In this document: positions 47,803 to 57,108 of the stretch, in pieces
How the letters are laid out: the number at the start of each line of letters is the position of its first letter
Numbering within the stretch: the stretch's first letter is position 1
Source: Candidatus Sericytochromatia bacterium
GTDB lineage: Bacteria; Cyanobacteriota; Sericytochromatia; S15B-MN24; JAQBPE01
Length of the DNA stretch: 64,000 nt
Reading direction: 5' to 3'
Assembly: GCA_035285125.1 (NCBI GenBank)
Contig: JAYKHR010000066.1
Location: 64,001 to 128,000 of the forward strand
Notes under the pieces: generated by a model
Database searches by the model: none
Told to the model about the DNA's origin: nothing
What the model saw: only the letters and a program-made list of their open reading frames with translations
Translations under genes and position numbers: made by a program

Positions 47803-50338
47803 CGCCAACATCTACCACGCCACGCTGCTCGGGCCTGCGATCAGGGACGATCGCGTGGCCCTATGGCACCTGCCACCCGGGGCCACCACGGAGGAGGGCC
47901 TCACCTTCGCCGCGCTGCGGCAGGAGGCCGGCCGGGTGGCGGCCTGGCTCCGTGCCCACGGCGTCTCGCCGGGAGACCGGGTGCTGCTCCTGTTGCCGAT
48001 GTCGCCCGCCTTCTACGCGGCGGTGCTGGGCGTTGCCCAGGTGGGAGCCGTCGCCGTGTTCGCCGACCCGGCCGCCGGCCTCTCTCAGCTCGGGACTGCC
48101 GTTCACCAGGCGCGCCCGGGCGCCGTGGTCGGCGTGCGCGGCGCTCGCTGGCTGCGCTGGCTCGTGCCGGCCGTGCGCCGGATTCCCCTGGCGCTTTGGG
48201 TGGAGGCCCACAGGCCCCTCCTGCCCGGCCACCCCGCCGACTTGCGGGTCGAGCCCGTCGAGGCCGACACCCCGGTCGCCATCGTGCACACCACGGGGAG
48301 CACGGGGGCGCCGAAGGCCGTCTTGCGGACCCACGGCTACATCGCCGCGATGTTGCGGGCCCTGGACATGCACCCCTCCAAGCACCGGGAGGCTGTCGAC
48401 ATGCCGCTCTGGCCGATGCTGGCCTTCGATGCGCTGTGCCACGGCCGGAGCTGCGTGCTGCCGGCCCTGCCGGGGGGCCGCCTGGACCGCCTGGAGGCAA
48501 GGACGCTGCTCGCCCAGATCCGGCGGCGCGGCGTCACCTTGCTGGTCGGCCCCCCCGTTGCCATCGAGACGCTCTGCCGCGCCGCGGAGGAGGGGGAAGG
48601 CGTCGGGTCGCTCCGCCACGTGTTCGTGGGAGGGGCGCTGGTGCCACCCGCGCTGCTTTCCCGGGTGCAACGTTTGTTGCCGGAGGGTGAGGCCCTGGCC
48701 GTCTACGGCTCGACGGAGGCCGACCCCGTGGCCGTGCACTCGGCGCGCGAGGCAGAGGGGCTGGCACCGAGGGCCGGTGTCTGTGTGGGGCGCCCCCACC
48801 CGGATCTTCGCGTGAGGCTGGTGGTGCCGACGCCCGGCCCTGTGACGTGGGCAGATTGCCTCGACGTGCCCCCCGGGGACGTCGGCGAGGTGATGGTGGC
48901 GGGCCCGCACGTCAACGTGCACTACCACGATGACCCCGAGAGCCTGGCCGCCTACAAGGTTGTCGATCCCGACGGTGCCACCTGGCACCGGATGGGGGAT
49001 CTCGCTGCGTGCGACGAGGCCGGGCGGCTCTGGCTGCAAGGACGCGTCGCCACGCGCGTGCAGACCGCCGCAGGGGTGCTGGACTCGCTGGACGTGGAGG
49101 CCAGGGCCGTTCAGGTCCCGGGGGTCCGCGCTGCGGCCCTGCTGGGCCGGGCCGGGGAGGCCTGGGTGGTGGTGGAACCGGCTGAGGACGCAGACCTGCA
49201 CGACGTGGAGCAACAGGTGGCAGCCGTGTTGGCGGGGACACCGCCCGTGCGGGTCGTGTTCCACCCAGCCCTTCCCAGGGATGCCCGGCACCACTCCCGG
49301 GTGGACCTGGCAGCGCTGACGGAGGACCTGCCGGACGACCCGCCGCGGCTGCCCCCCCGCGCGGCGCCGCCCCGGCTATGGCAGCGGGCCTATGCCTACC
49401 TGGCCGAGCGCTTCCCTCTGGGCAAGAACGTGCTGGGGGTCGTGCTGATGGTCGGCACGGACGGCCTGGCGACCCTGGCGCTGCTGCAGGCGCCCTTCAC
49501 GGGACAGGTCTGGCAGCGGCTGGGCGTCATGGTGGTGCTGTTCACGCTGCTCTTTTTTCACCTGCGGGTCTTCGACGAGCACAAGGACTGGAAGGTCGAT
49601 CGCATCGCGTTCCCGGAGCGGGTGCTTTCCCGCGGGTGGGTGAGCCTGACCCAACTGCGGGCGGCCGCGTGGCTCGCCGTGGTGCTGGAGCTCGGCATCG
49701 GAGCAGCCACCAGCCCGGCCGTGCTCGGGTGGATGCTGGTGCTGATCGGCTACACGTGGCTGATGCTGCGGGAGTTCTATGTCGGTGAGTGGCTCAACCG
49801 CCACATGGTGCTCTATGGCGTGAGCCACATGGCCATCATCACCCTGATGTCCGTCGCCGTGTACGCGGCGGTGCTGGACGTGGGCTCGGCCTCGGTGTTC
49901 GGGCTCGACCGCACCCTCGGGGGCTGGCTGCCGGGGTGGTTCGCCAGGCTCTGGCACCCGGGGCTGCTTCTCTTTGCCGGCATGAACTTCTGCTTCATCT
50001 ACTCGCTCGAGGTGGCCCGCAAGATCCGCGTGCCTGAGCAGGAGCGGCCTCAGGTGGACACCTACTCCCGCAGGCTCGGGCTGGCCGGCGCCCTGATGCT
50101 GGTGATCGCCACGCAAGCCTTGGGCCTCGTGCTGCTCGGGATCGCGGGGCCGGCGCTGCACGTGCACGCGAGCGTATACTGGCTGGGCGCAGGTGCCCTT
50201 GCGCTCGTGGCAACCGCCTTCGGGCTCTTCGCCCGCAAGCCGCGGGCCGAGATGGCAAAGCGCCTCGAATCGGTCGGCGCGCTGACGGTGCTGCTGGTCA
50301 ACGTGGCACTTCTCATCACTTGGGGGGGAACGCGATGA
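47789..50338 (+). CDS. AMP-dependent ligase (OleC-like) fused to UbiA-family prenyltransferase
   Basis: TTGSTGAPK, YGSTEA, GEV, WHRMGD, GR, PRDARHH. Then ERFP, RVFDEHKDWKVD, EVARK...DTYS with about 8 TM helices. Confidence 0.85.
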   Translation: MPTTDANIYHATLLGPAIRDDRVALWHLPPGATTEEGLTFAALRQEAGRVAAWLRAHGVSPGDRVLLLLPMSPAFYAAVLGVAQVGAVAVFADPAAGLSQLGTAVHQARPGAVVGVRGARWLRWLVPAVRRIPLALWVEAHRPLLPGHPADLRVEPVEADTPVAIVHTTGSTGAPKAVLRTHGYIAAMLRALDMHPSKHREAVDMPLWPMLAFDALCHGRSCVLPALPGGRLDRLEARTLLAQIRRRGVTLLVGPPVAIETLCRAAEEGEGVGSLRHVFVGGALVPPALLSRVQRLLPEGEALAVYGSTEADPVAVHSAREAEGLAPRAGVCVGRPHPDLRVRLVVPTPGPVTWADCLDVPPGDVGEVMVAGPHVNVHYHDDPESLAAYKVVDPDGATWHRMGDLAACDEAGRLWLQGRVATRVQTAAGVLDSLDVEARAVQVPGVRAAALLGRAGEAWVVVEPAEDADLHDVEQQVAAVLAGTPPVRVVFHPALPRDARHHSRVDLAALTEDLPDDPPRLPPRAAPPRLWQRAYAYLAERFPLGKNVLGVVLMVGTDGLATLALLQAPFTGQVWQRLGVMVVLFTLLFFHLRVFDEHKDWKVDRIAFPERVLSRGWVSLTQLRAAAWLAVVLELGIGAATSPAVLGWMLVLIGYTWLMLREFYVGEWLNRHMVLYGVSHMAIITLMSVAVYAAVLDVGSASVFGLDRTLGGWLPGWFARLWHPGLLLFAGMNFCFIYSLEVARKIRVPEQERPQVDTYSRRLGLAGALMLVIATQALGLVLLGIAGPALHVHASVYWLGAGALALVATAFGLFARKPRAEMAKRLESVGALTVLLVNVALLITWGGTR

Positions 50339-52932
50339 CGACCGAGACCCAGGCCGCCCAGCTCCAGCTGGGGACCCCGGAGACCCCGCTGGACGAGGCA
50401 CTTCCGGAAACGTGGGGGGGCAAGGGCGTGGGGCTCATCCGCCTGTCCCAGGCGGGGCTCGAGGTGCCCGAGTTCTTCGTGCTGCCTGCGGCCCTGCGGG
50501 ATTGCGTGCGGGCCTCAGGCAACCCTTCGGCGGACCACCCCTTGCTCCTCGCGCTGGTCCGCGAGGGACTTCAGCGGCTGCCCGAGGGCCCCGTCGCCGT
50601 TCGCAGCAGCGGCGTCGACGAGGACGGGGACCACCGCTCCCTGGCCGGCCAGTTCGACACGTTTCTGGCCGTCCCACCCGATGCCCGGGCGGTGGCTGCC
50701 AAGGTCCTGGCCTGCTGGGCCTCCTTGCAGAGTGAGCGCGCCCGGGCCTACCGGTCGCGCCACGGGCTGGATGCGGAGGGCGGGGCCATCGCCGTGGTCG
50801 TACAGGCCATGGTGCCTGCCGAGCGTTCTGTGGTGATATTCTCTGGGAACCCCACGACGGGCGACGCGGACGAGACGGTGGTCGCCTCGGTTTGGGGGCT
50901 TGGCGACACCCTCGTGGCTGGTGACCTCGAGGGAGACACCGACGTGCTGGGGCCATCAGGCAGAGCCCTCCAGCACCTGTCCGGTGGGCAGACGCAGGCA
51001 CGCCGCCTTCACGCGGACGGCAGCATCGCCGTCGAGGAACTACCCGCAGAGCTGGTGGGCAAGCCCGTGCTTTCGCCGGCGAACCGGCAGGCGGCCTGGC
51101 AGCTGGGGCGGGCCATCGCAAGCTGGGCGGGCCGGCCGATGGACATCGAGGCCGCCTTCCTGGGGGGACGCCTCCTGGTGCTGCAGGCACGGCCCGTCAC
51201 GACCCCGCTGTCCCGCCATCGCCGGCTTTGGGACAACGCGAACGTGGTGGAGAGCTACGGGGGCGTCACGACGCCCCTCACGTTCTCCCATGCGAGCCTG
51301 GCCTACCGCATCGTCTACACGCAGTTCGGGCGGTTGCTTGGGGTGCCCCGGCACATCCACGACACCCACGAGCGTGAGATGCAGACCTACGTGGGCCTGC
51401 TCGACGGGCGCGTCTACTACAACCTCCTGATGTGGTACCTGTCCATGGCGCACCTGCCGGGCTACGCCTTCACGCGCAGCGCCATGGAGAACATGATGGG
51501 CGTCCGCGAGGCCCTGGACGTCGAGCTGCCGCCCGCAGGCAGCCCCCTGCAGGCCTGGACGCGAGATCTTCCCAGGTTGGCCCGGATGCTGGCCCGAACG
51601 GCTTGGGCCTTTGCGACGATCGACCGGCGCATCGGGGCCTTCGAGCGAAACTTCGAGGCGGTCCACGGGGCCTGGCGCGATCAGCGCTTCGAGGGATGGG
51701 AGACAGCCCGCCTCGTGGACCTTTACCACACGCTGTTGGTGCAGGTGCTTCACCGGTGGGAGGCCCCCATCCTCACGGACGTGGGGGCGATGGTCTCGAT
51801 GGCGCTGCTGCAAGGTTTGCTAGCGAAATGGGCCCCGGGTTGCCCAAACCTGGCCGGGGAGCTGCTGGTCGGGGCTGGCGACATCGAGAGCACGGCCCCG
51901 ACCCGGGAGCTCACGGCCCTGGCAGCCAGGGTGCGAGCGCATCCGACGGCGATGGCCCTCCTTGCGGGGCCCCCTGAGGCCGCCTGGGAGGCCCTTCACC
52001 GGGACGTGACGTGCAAGGGCCTCGCAGCGGAGCTGGACGCCTGGGTCTCGCGCTACGGCGACCGGGCGATGGGGGAGCTCAAGCTGGAGACCCAGACCCC
52101 CCGGGAGCAACCCTCGCTGGTCGTGCCGCTGTTGCGGAGCTACGTCGCGATGGCGGGCACCCAGCTGCCCCCGGCTCCCGATAACACGAAGGCCGAGGCC
52201 CGCCTGGACGAGGCGCTTGCCGGAAGCCCGTTCCGGCGGCTGGCGGCGCGCACCGTCCTGCATTGGACGCGCAAGCACGTGCGCAACCGGGAGAACATGC
52301 GCTTCGCGCGGACCAGGCTGACGGGCGTGCTCAGGCGCCTGTTCCGCGCCGTCGGCGAGGACTTGGTGCGGGTGGGGCTGCTGAGCCAGGCCGAGGACGT
52401 CTTTTACCTCACGGTGGAGGAACTCACGGCCTATGTCGATGGCCGCTCCGTGACCCGCGATCTCGGGGCCCTCGCGCTGCTCCGGCGCAAGGAGTACGAC
52501 GGCTACGGGCAGGCCGAGCCCCCGGAGCGGTTCGTGACCATCGGCCTGCCGCACCTCCGGGTGCCGGAGGCGCCTCCGGCACCGGGGGGCGATGCGACAG
52601 CGTTCGTGGGCACGCCCTGTTGCCCAGGCGTGGTGACTGGCCCGACGAGGCTTGTCCGGGATCCTGCCGATGCGGGGGACCTCGCGGGCGAGATCCTGGT
52701 CGCGCCTCGCACGGACCCTGGCTGGGTGGCGCTCTACCCGGCCATCTCCGGCCTCCTGGTGGAGCGCGGCAGCGTGCTGTCGCACTCGGCCATCGTGGCC
52801 CGGGAGATGGGGTTGCCCACGATCGTGGGCGTGCAGGGGCTTTGCGCGCGGCTTGGCGCCGGCCAGCGGGTAAGAATGGATGGGGGGACAGGACGCATCG
52901 AGCTCCTGCCCCACGAGGAGGCTTCGCCATGA
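50335..52932 (+). CDS. PEP-utilising enzyme, RPH/PigC-type domain order
   Basis: GGKG, VRSS..ED..SLAGQF, VQAM, GLG, DIE..LQARP, a central domain, and C-terminal TDPGW...GSVLSHSAIVAREMGLP. Confidence 0.9.
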   Translation: MTTETQAAQLQLGTPETPLDEALPETWGGKGVGLIRLSQAGLEVPEFFVLPAALRDCVRASGNPSADHPLLLALVREGLQRLPEGPVAVRSSGVDEDGDHRSLAGQFDTFLAVPPDARAVAAKVLACWASLQSERARAYRSRHGLDAEGGAIAVVVQAMVPAERSVVIFSGNPTTGDADETVVASVWGLGDTLVAGDLEGDTDVLGPSGRALQHLSGGQTQARRLHADGSIAVEELPAELVGKPVLSPANRQAAWQLGRAIASWAGRPMDIEAAFLGGRLLVLQARPVTTPLSRHRRLWDNANVVESYGGVTTPLTFSHASLAYRIVYTQFGRLLGVPRHIHDTHEREMQTYVGLLDGRVYYNLLMWYLSMAHLPGYAFTRSAMENMMGVREALDVELPPAGSPLQAWTRDLPRLARMLARTAWAFATIDRRIGAFERNFEAVHGAWRDQRFEGWETARLVDLYHTLLVQVLHRWEAPILTDVGAMVSMALLQGLLAKWAPGCPNLAGELLVGAGDIESTAPTRELTALAARVRAHPTAMALLAGPPEAAWEALHRDVTCKGLAAELDAWVSRYGDRAMGELKLETQTPREQPSLVVPLLRSYVAMAGTQLPPAPDNTKAEARLDEALAGSPFRRLAARTVLHWTRKHVRNRENMRFARTRLTGVLRRLFRAVGEDLVRVGLLSQAEDVFYLTVEELTAYVDGRSVTRDLGALALLRRKEYDGYGQAEPPERFVTIGLPHLRVPEAPPAPGGDATAFVGTPCCPGVVTGPTRLVRDPADAGDLAGEILVAPRTDPGWVALYPAISGLLVERGSVLSHSAIVAREMGLPTIVGVQGLCARLGAGQRVRMDGGTGRIELLPHEEASP

Positions 52933-53885
52933 CCGTCGGTTTCGTGGATCTTGACCTCTTGCATCGCCAGGCCGAGTCACGGCCCCTGGACCTCGATGCC
53001 TTGCCGTGGGCCCAAGGGGTCCAGCAGGGCGCCTGGTTCGCCCCTGAGGCGATGAGTCACCTGTTCCATTGCCCGAGCTACGCCGGGTTCTCCGACGACG
53101 AGCGGCGTGCCCTCGCCCGCATCACGGCCCTGACCAAGGCCGAGAGCTTCGTCTACTTCGAGGAGTTCCTGCTGATCCCCATCGTGCAGCAGATTCTGCG
53201 CGCTCCCGAGCGCTACGGCGTCAGCCCGGGCCTCGTCACGTGCCTGGAGGACTTCGTCCACGAGGAGCGCCAGCACACGGAGATGTTCTGGCGCCTCCTT
53301 GAGGCGGCTGCGCCGGCGCATTACCCCACGCGCCAGCTCAGGTACTTCGGCCCGACCTCGGGCGGCGCGGTCCTTGGCAAGCTGCTGGCCAGGCGGCCTG
53401 ACTTCTTCATTCTGTGGGTCTGGCTCGCCCTCATCATCGAAGAGCGCACGGTCGACCTCTACCGCCAGTACCGGTCGGATCCGCGGGTGGATCCCCTGTT
53501 CGCTGCGGTCTACCACGCCCATATGGTTGACGAAACGCGCCACGTGTCGATCGACCACCACCTGCTCGCCACCTTCTGGGATCCTGCCCCGCTCTGGCTG
53601 AGAAAGCTCAACGTCGCCCTGTTGGACCACTGCCTGGGCAAGCTCACGACGCCCCGGGTCGTGGCCCGCGTCAGCTTGGCCGAGGTCATCGACCAATCCC
53701 CAACACTCAGGCCACAGCGAGCCACGATCGCCCAAGAGCTCGCCTCGCTGGGAAAGAACGCCTCCTATCAGGCGGCTCACTTCTCCCGGGATTGCCTTCC
53801 CCGTAGCTTCGCCCTGATGGACCGCTACCCGGAATTCGCCACCCTGCGGGCGGGCTTGCCCGCCTACCAGCCACGCACCGCGTGA
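52929..53885 (+). CDS. AurF/CmlI-like ferritin-fold diiron oxygenase
   Basis: FEE, EERQH, IIEE, H..DETRH ligand pattern. Confidence 0.8.
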   Translation: MTVGFVDLDLLHRQAESRPLDLDALPWAQGVQQGAWFAPEAMSHLFHCPSYAGFSDDERRALARITALTKAESFVYFEEFLLIPIVQQILRAPERYGVSPGLVTCLEDFVHEERQHTEMFWRLLEAAAPAHYPTRQLRYFGPTSGGAVLGKLLARRPDFFILWVWLALIIEERTVDLYRQYRSDPRVDPLFAAVYHAHMVDETRHVSIDHHLLATFWDPAPLWLRKLNVALLDHCLGKLTTPRVVARVSLAEVIDQSPTLRPQRATIAQELASLGKNASYQAAHFSRDCLPRSFALMDRYPEFATLRAGLPAYQPRTA

Positions 53886-53892
53886 GCCGGCC

Positions 53893-55038
53893 GTGATCGC
53901 AGACAGGGGGCCGGGCGCCCCGGGGCCGACCGAGCGAGCCCTGGCGCGTCGGCCCTTTTTCGACGGCGTCGGCTACGCGTCGTGCTGGGAAGACGCGGAC
54001 GTCCTGCGGGCTGCCTTGCGTGTCAGACCAGGCGACCGGGTCCTCTCGATCGCCTCCGGCGGCTGCAACGCCCTCTCGCTCCTGCTGGACGACCCCGCGC
54101 AGGTGGTGGCCGTGGACTTCAACCCCCACCAGACCCGGCTGGTCCGCCTCAAGGTGGCTGCGATCCGCCTCCTGCCCAGGCAGGAATACCTGGCGCTGAT
54201 AGGCGCCACCAACGAAATGGACAGGCTGAAGCTCTGGCAGGCAGTTCGCCCTCTGGTGCCCGAGGCGGACAGGCGCTGGTGGGACGCAAGACCAAGGTTG
54301 TTCGTGCAGGGGCTCTACCGGGCGGGGCGAACGGACCGTTACCTGATGGCCTTCGGTGGCCTGGTTCGCGCGTGGCTTGGCCGTGGTCGGGTGGACCGGC
54401 TCTTCGGCTTCGCCTCGTTGGCCGAGCAGAGAGCCTTTTACCACGAGGTTTGGGACGACTGGCGGTGGCGCACCATGTTGAACCTGTTCTTTCACCGCCG
54501 CGTCATCTCACGCGCCAAGGACCCGAGCCACTTCCGGTATGTGGACGGGGATGCCTTCGGGGCGCGAATCCACCAGCGTGCCAGCCTGCTCTTCACGGAG
54601 GGCCTGATGCGAGACAACCCCTACTGCGCCCTGATCCTGCGGGGGCGGTACCTGGACGAACAGGCCCTGCCGGCCTACATGAAGCCGGGGGCCTACGACC
54701 TTGTCCGCGAGCGGCTCGATCGCCTCGAGTTGCGGGACGAACCCCTGGGGGAGGCGCTGGCCGCAAGCCCGCCGGAGGCCTTCGATGCGTTCAACCTCTC
54801 GAACCTGTACGACTGGCTCAGCGACGAGGCCCGCACGGCATCCCTGGAACTGGTGTGCCGCACAGCCCGCCCGGGTGCCCGGCTGTGCTACTGGAGCACG
54901 CTGGCACCACGACATTTGCCCGCATTACGGGACTTGCAACCCGATGGCGAGTTGGCAGCGAGGCTGCATCGCCAGGATCGGTTTCCCTATGCACACCTCG
55001 AGGTGGCCTCGGTCAACCGCCCCGTGCCCGGTCGTTGA
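53893..55038 (+). CDS. DUF3419/BtaA-like SAM-dependent 3-amino-3-carboxypropyl transferase
   Basis: YASCWED, SIASGGCNAL, VDFNPHQ..LK, DNPY, LPAYM, LSNLYDW, QDR. Confidence 0.85.
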   Translation: MIADRGPGAPGPTERALARRPFFDGVGYASCWEDADVLRAALRVRPGDRVLSIASGGCNALSLLLDDPAQVVAVDFNPHQTRLVRLKVAAIRLLPRQEYLALIGATNEMDRLKLWQAVRPLVPEADRRWWDARPRLFVQGLYRAGRTDRYLMAFGGLVRAWLGRGRVDRLFGFASLAEQRAFYHEVWDDWRWRTMLNLFFHRRVISRAKDPSHFRYVDGDAFGARIHQRASLLFTEGLMRDNPYCALILRGRYLDEQALPAYMKPGAYDLVRERLDRLELRDEPLGEALAASPPEAFDAFNLSNLYDWLSDEARTASLELVCRTARPGARLCYWSTLAPRHLPALRDLQPDGELAARLHRQDRFPYAHLEVASVNRPVPGR

Positions 55039-55949
55039 GGCGGGGCGACGACCCAAAGGGCCCCGGGCCTCACCTCGATCACGAGCCGGGAGGCCTGCGC
55101 AAGCAACTCGCCGTCCGCCATGAACTCGACCGACTCGTCGGCCGAGAGTTCCAGCGAGCAGGCTTCGCCTGCCGTCACCCCGGGATGCCCGACGTGAGCC
55201 CCCGAACGGTTCATGGCGGCTGCTGACCACAACCCCCGGAACCGGCCTTGCCACGTGAGCCGGCACCACCCGAGCGTGCCATCGTCGGGCCGGGTGCCAG
55301 GGCAGGCACAAACCGAGCGCCCAATGGAGGCCTGGTTGTGGATGAACATGGCGAGCAACAGCCCCGTGACGGCATCTTCCTTGCCACATCGAAAGGTCAA
55401 CATGTGGGCCACGCGGGGCGCCGTGGCGATCAGCCAGGCGCTGTAGAGCGTGTAAGCCAGGCTCCCCAGCGCCCGCGTCACCACGGCCGCCAGGCCCTTG
55501 CCAGACTTGAGCGCGTGGACGCCGATGGCCACATCGCTGACGATGCCAGTGCCCCCGCCCGTGAGGAAGCACTGACCATTGACCATCCCGACGTCGATGG
55601 CCCGGCGTTCGCCCGCCAGAATGGCCTGACAGGCCTCCAGAGGGGTCAGCGGCATCCCGAGTTGCCGGGCGAGGTCATTGGCCGTGCCGGCCGGGACGAC
55701 GGCCAAAGCCACCGAGCCGCCGACAATCTGGTTGGCGACGGCGTTCAGGGTGCCGTCGCCCCCGACCACGACCACCACGTCAACCCCAGAATCGCGCGCA
55801 TCCCGGGCCGCGCGGCACATGGCCTCGAACGAGCCCGGGATGACGACCTCATGGTCCGTCCGGGCGAAGGCCGCCCGGACGATACCCACCCAGCGCCCAT
55901 CGGCGCCGTTGCGTGCAGTGGGGTTGATGAGGATGCGATACCGCAGCAC
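54987..55949 (-). CDS. Diacylglycerol/lipid kinase family (YegS/BmrU-like)
   Basis: INPTA, GGDGTL, PAGTANDLAR, IDVG, ADGE. Confidence 0.9.
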   Translation of the reverse strand: MLRYRILINPTARNGADGRWVGIVRAAFARTDHEVVIPGSFEAMCRAARDARDSGVDVVVVVGGDGTLNAVANQIVGGSVALAVVPAGTANDLARQLGMPLTPLEACQAILAGERRAIDVGMVNGQCFLTGGGTGIVSDVAIGVHALKSGKGLAAVVTRALGSLAYTLYSAWLIATAPRVAHMLTFRCGKEDAVTGLLLAMFIHNQASIGRSVCACPGTRPDDGTLGWCRLTWQGRFRGLWSAAAMNRSGAHVGHPGVTAGEACSLELSADESVEFMADGELLAQASRLVIEVRPGALWVVAPPQRPGTGRLTEATSRCA

Positions 55950-55959
55950 GCGCCTCGCT

Positions 55960-56679
55960 TCAGTAGTAGTGGCCGAACCCGACCAAGCCCACGTCCAGGT
56001 TGTTCTCCAGGCCCCGCACGTAGTTGAACCAGGTGTACGTCCGGTCGGTCCAGAGGTACTTGCCGCCCGCACCGATGCGCGAGTCCCCCGTGTTGGTGGC
56101 CAGGCTCCGACGCAACTGGTAGTTCAAGCCGACGGAGACGCGGTCGTTGGGCCAGAGGTCTGCGCCCAGCGCCACGCCGCCCTGCGCGGCGGCCTTCTGG
56201 AAGTAGCTGATCTCAGGCTGGGCCGTCAGCTCGAGCGTACCCATCTTGACCATGCCAGCGATCTTGTAGCTGCCGCCGTAGTCCCAGTTCATGCTGGGGT
56301 CGACGTTGGCGCGGGCCATATAGGACCCAGCCACGGACCAGCCCTTGCCGGCCGCGTAGCGCTGGCGCAGGCCCACCTGGCTCTCTGCCGAAAGCAACAC
56401 GGCGGCGTCAAGGCCATCCGAAAGCCCCATCCCAAAGCCCGCCAGGGGAAGCAACTGGGCGTTCGCGAGGCCCTGGGCCCGGAAGGGGTTGGTGCTGCCG
56501 AGGGCCAGGCCGACCTCCTTGTGTCCGGTGCCCAGGAACACCGGGGCATAGACCAGACCGCCCGCGGAGATGATCCGCGCCGGGCCGCTGACGATGGCGT
56601 CGTCCTCGGCGGCAAAGGCAGGCGCGGCAAGCGCCAGGACGGCGGCGGCCAGGGCAAGGGCACAGAGGGTTTGCTTCAT
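55960..56679 (-). CDS. Probable outer-membrane beta-barrel protein
   Basis: Signal peptide ending AFA, alternating amphipathic strands rich in G/Y/W, and an aromatic C-terminus VGFGHYY. Confidence 0.7.
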   Translation of the reverse strand: MKQTLCALALAAAVLALAAPAFAAEDDAIVSGPARIISAGGLVYAPVFLGTGHKEVGLALGSTNPFRAQGLANAQLLPLAGFGMGLSDGLDAAVLLSAESQVGLRQRYAAGKGWSVAGSYMARANVDPSMNWDYGGSYKIAGMVKMGTLELTAQPEISYFQKAAAQGGVALGADLWPNDRVSVGLNYQLRRSLATNTGDSRIGAGGKYLWTDRTYTWFNYVRGLENNLDVGLVGFGHYY

Positions 56680-56798
56680 GCGTTTCGACCTCGCTTCGTG
56701 TGTGTTGTGGCGATATATCGGGTGGAACCCCTAGAGTCCTACCCGCCAGCCTCGCCCCCTTACCCAACACGGGCCTGCCCGTTCCTCCGCCAGAAGCC

Positions 56799-56831
56799 GC
56801 GAGGCCGACCGGCAGTGCCGGTCGGCCTCGC
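56799..56831. terminator. Perfect 16-bp-arm inverted repeat after tRNA-Ser
   Basis: GCGAGGCCGACCGGCA-G-TGCCGGTCGGCCTCGC. Confidence 0.7.
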
Positions 56832-56836
56832 TAGGA

Positions 56837-56929
<93 letters not shown>

Positions 56930-56940
56930 AGAGCCTGAGG

Positions 56941-57019
56941 ATGGTAGCACGCGGGGACGCCAGGGGTCAAGCCGTGGCGCCATTCGCGCCTTGACGGGCG
57001 TCCCGGGCCGGGCTAGCAT
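56941..57019. promoter_or_regulatory. Divergent sigma70 promoters for tRNA-Ser (-) and trxA (+)
   Basis: On - strand TTGACC-18-TACCAT (56970 to 56941). On + strand TTGACG-17-TAGCAT (56991-57019). Confidence 0.75.
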
Positions 57020-57108
57020 GGCGACCCGCCCGCGGCGCTCGGCTGCCGCTCAAGGTGACCCTCTGCGGGCGGCCCACACCTCGAGATTCCCACAGGAGAA
57101 CCACCCTG

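Noticed and set aside
47789..49330. oleABCD olefin biosynthesis cluster
   Set aside because: An OleC-like domain is present, but there is no OleA thiolase, OleB hydrolase or OleD reductase in the window.
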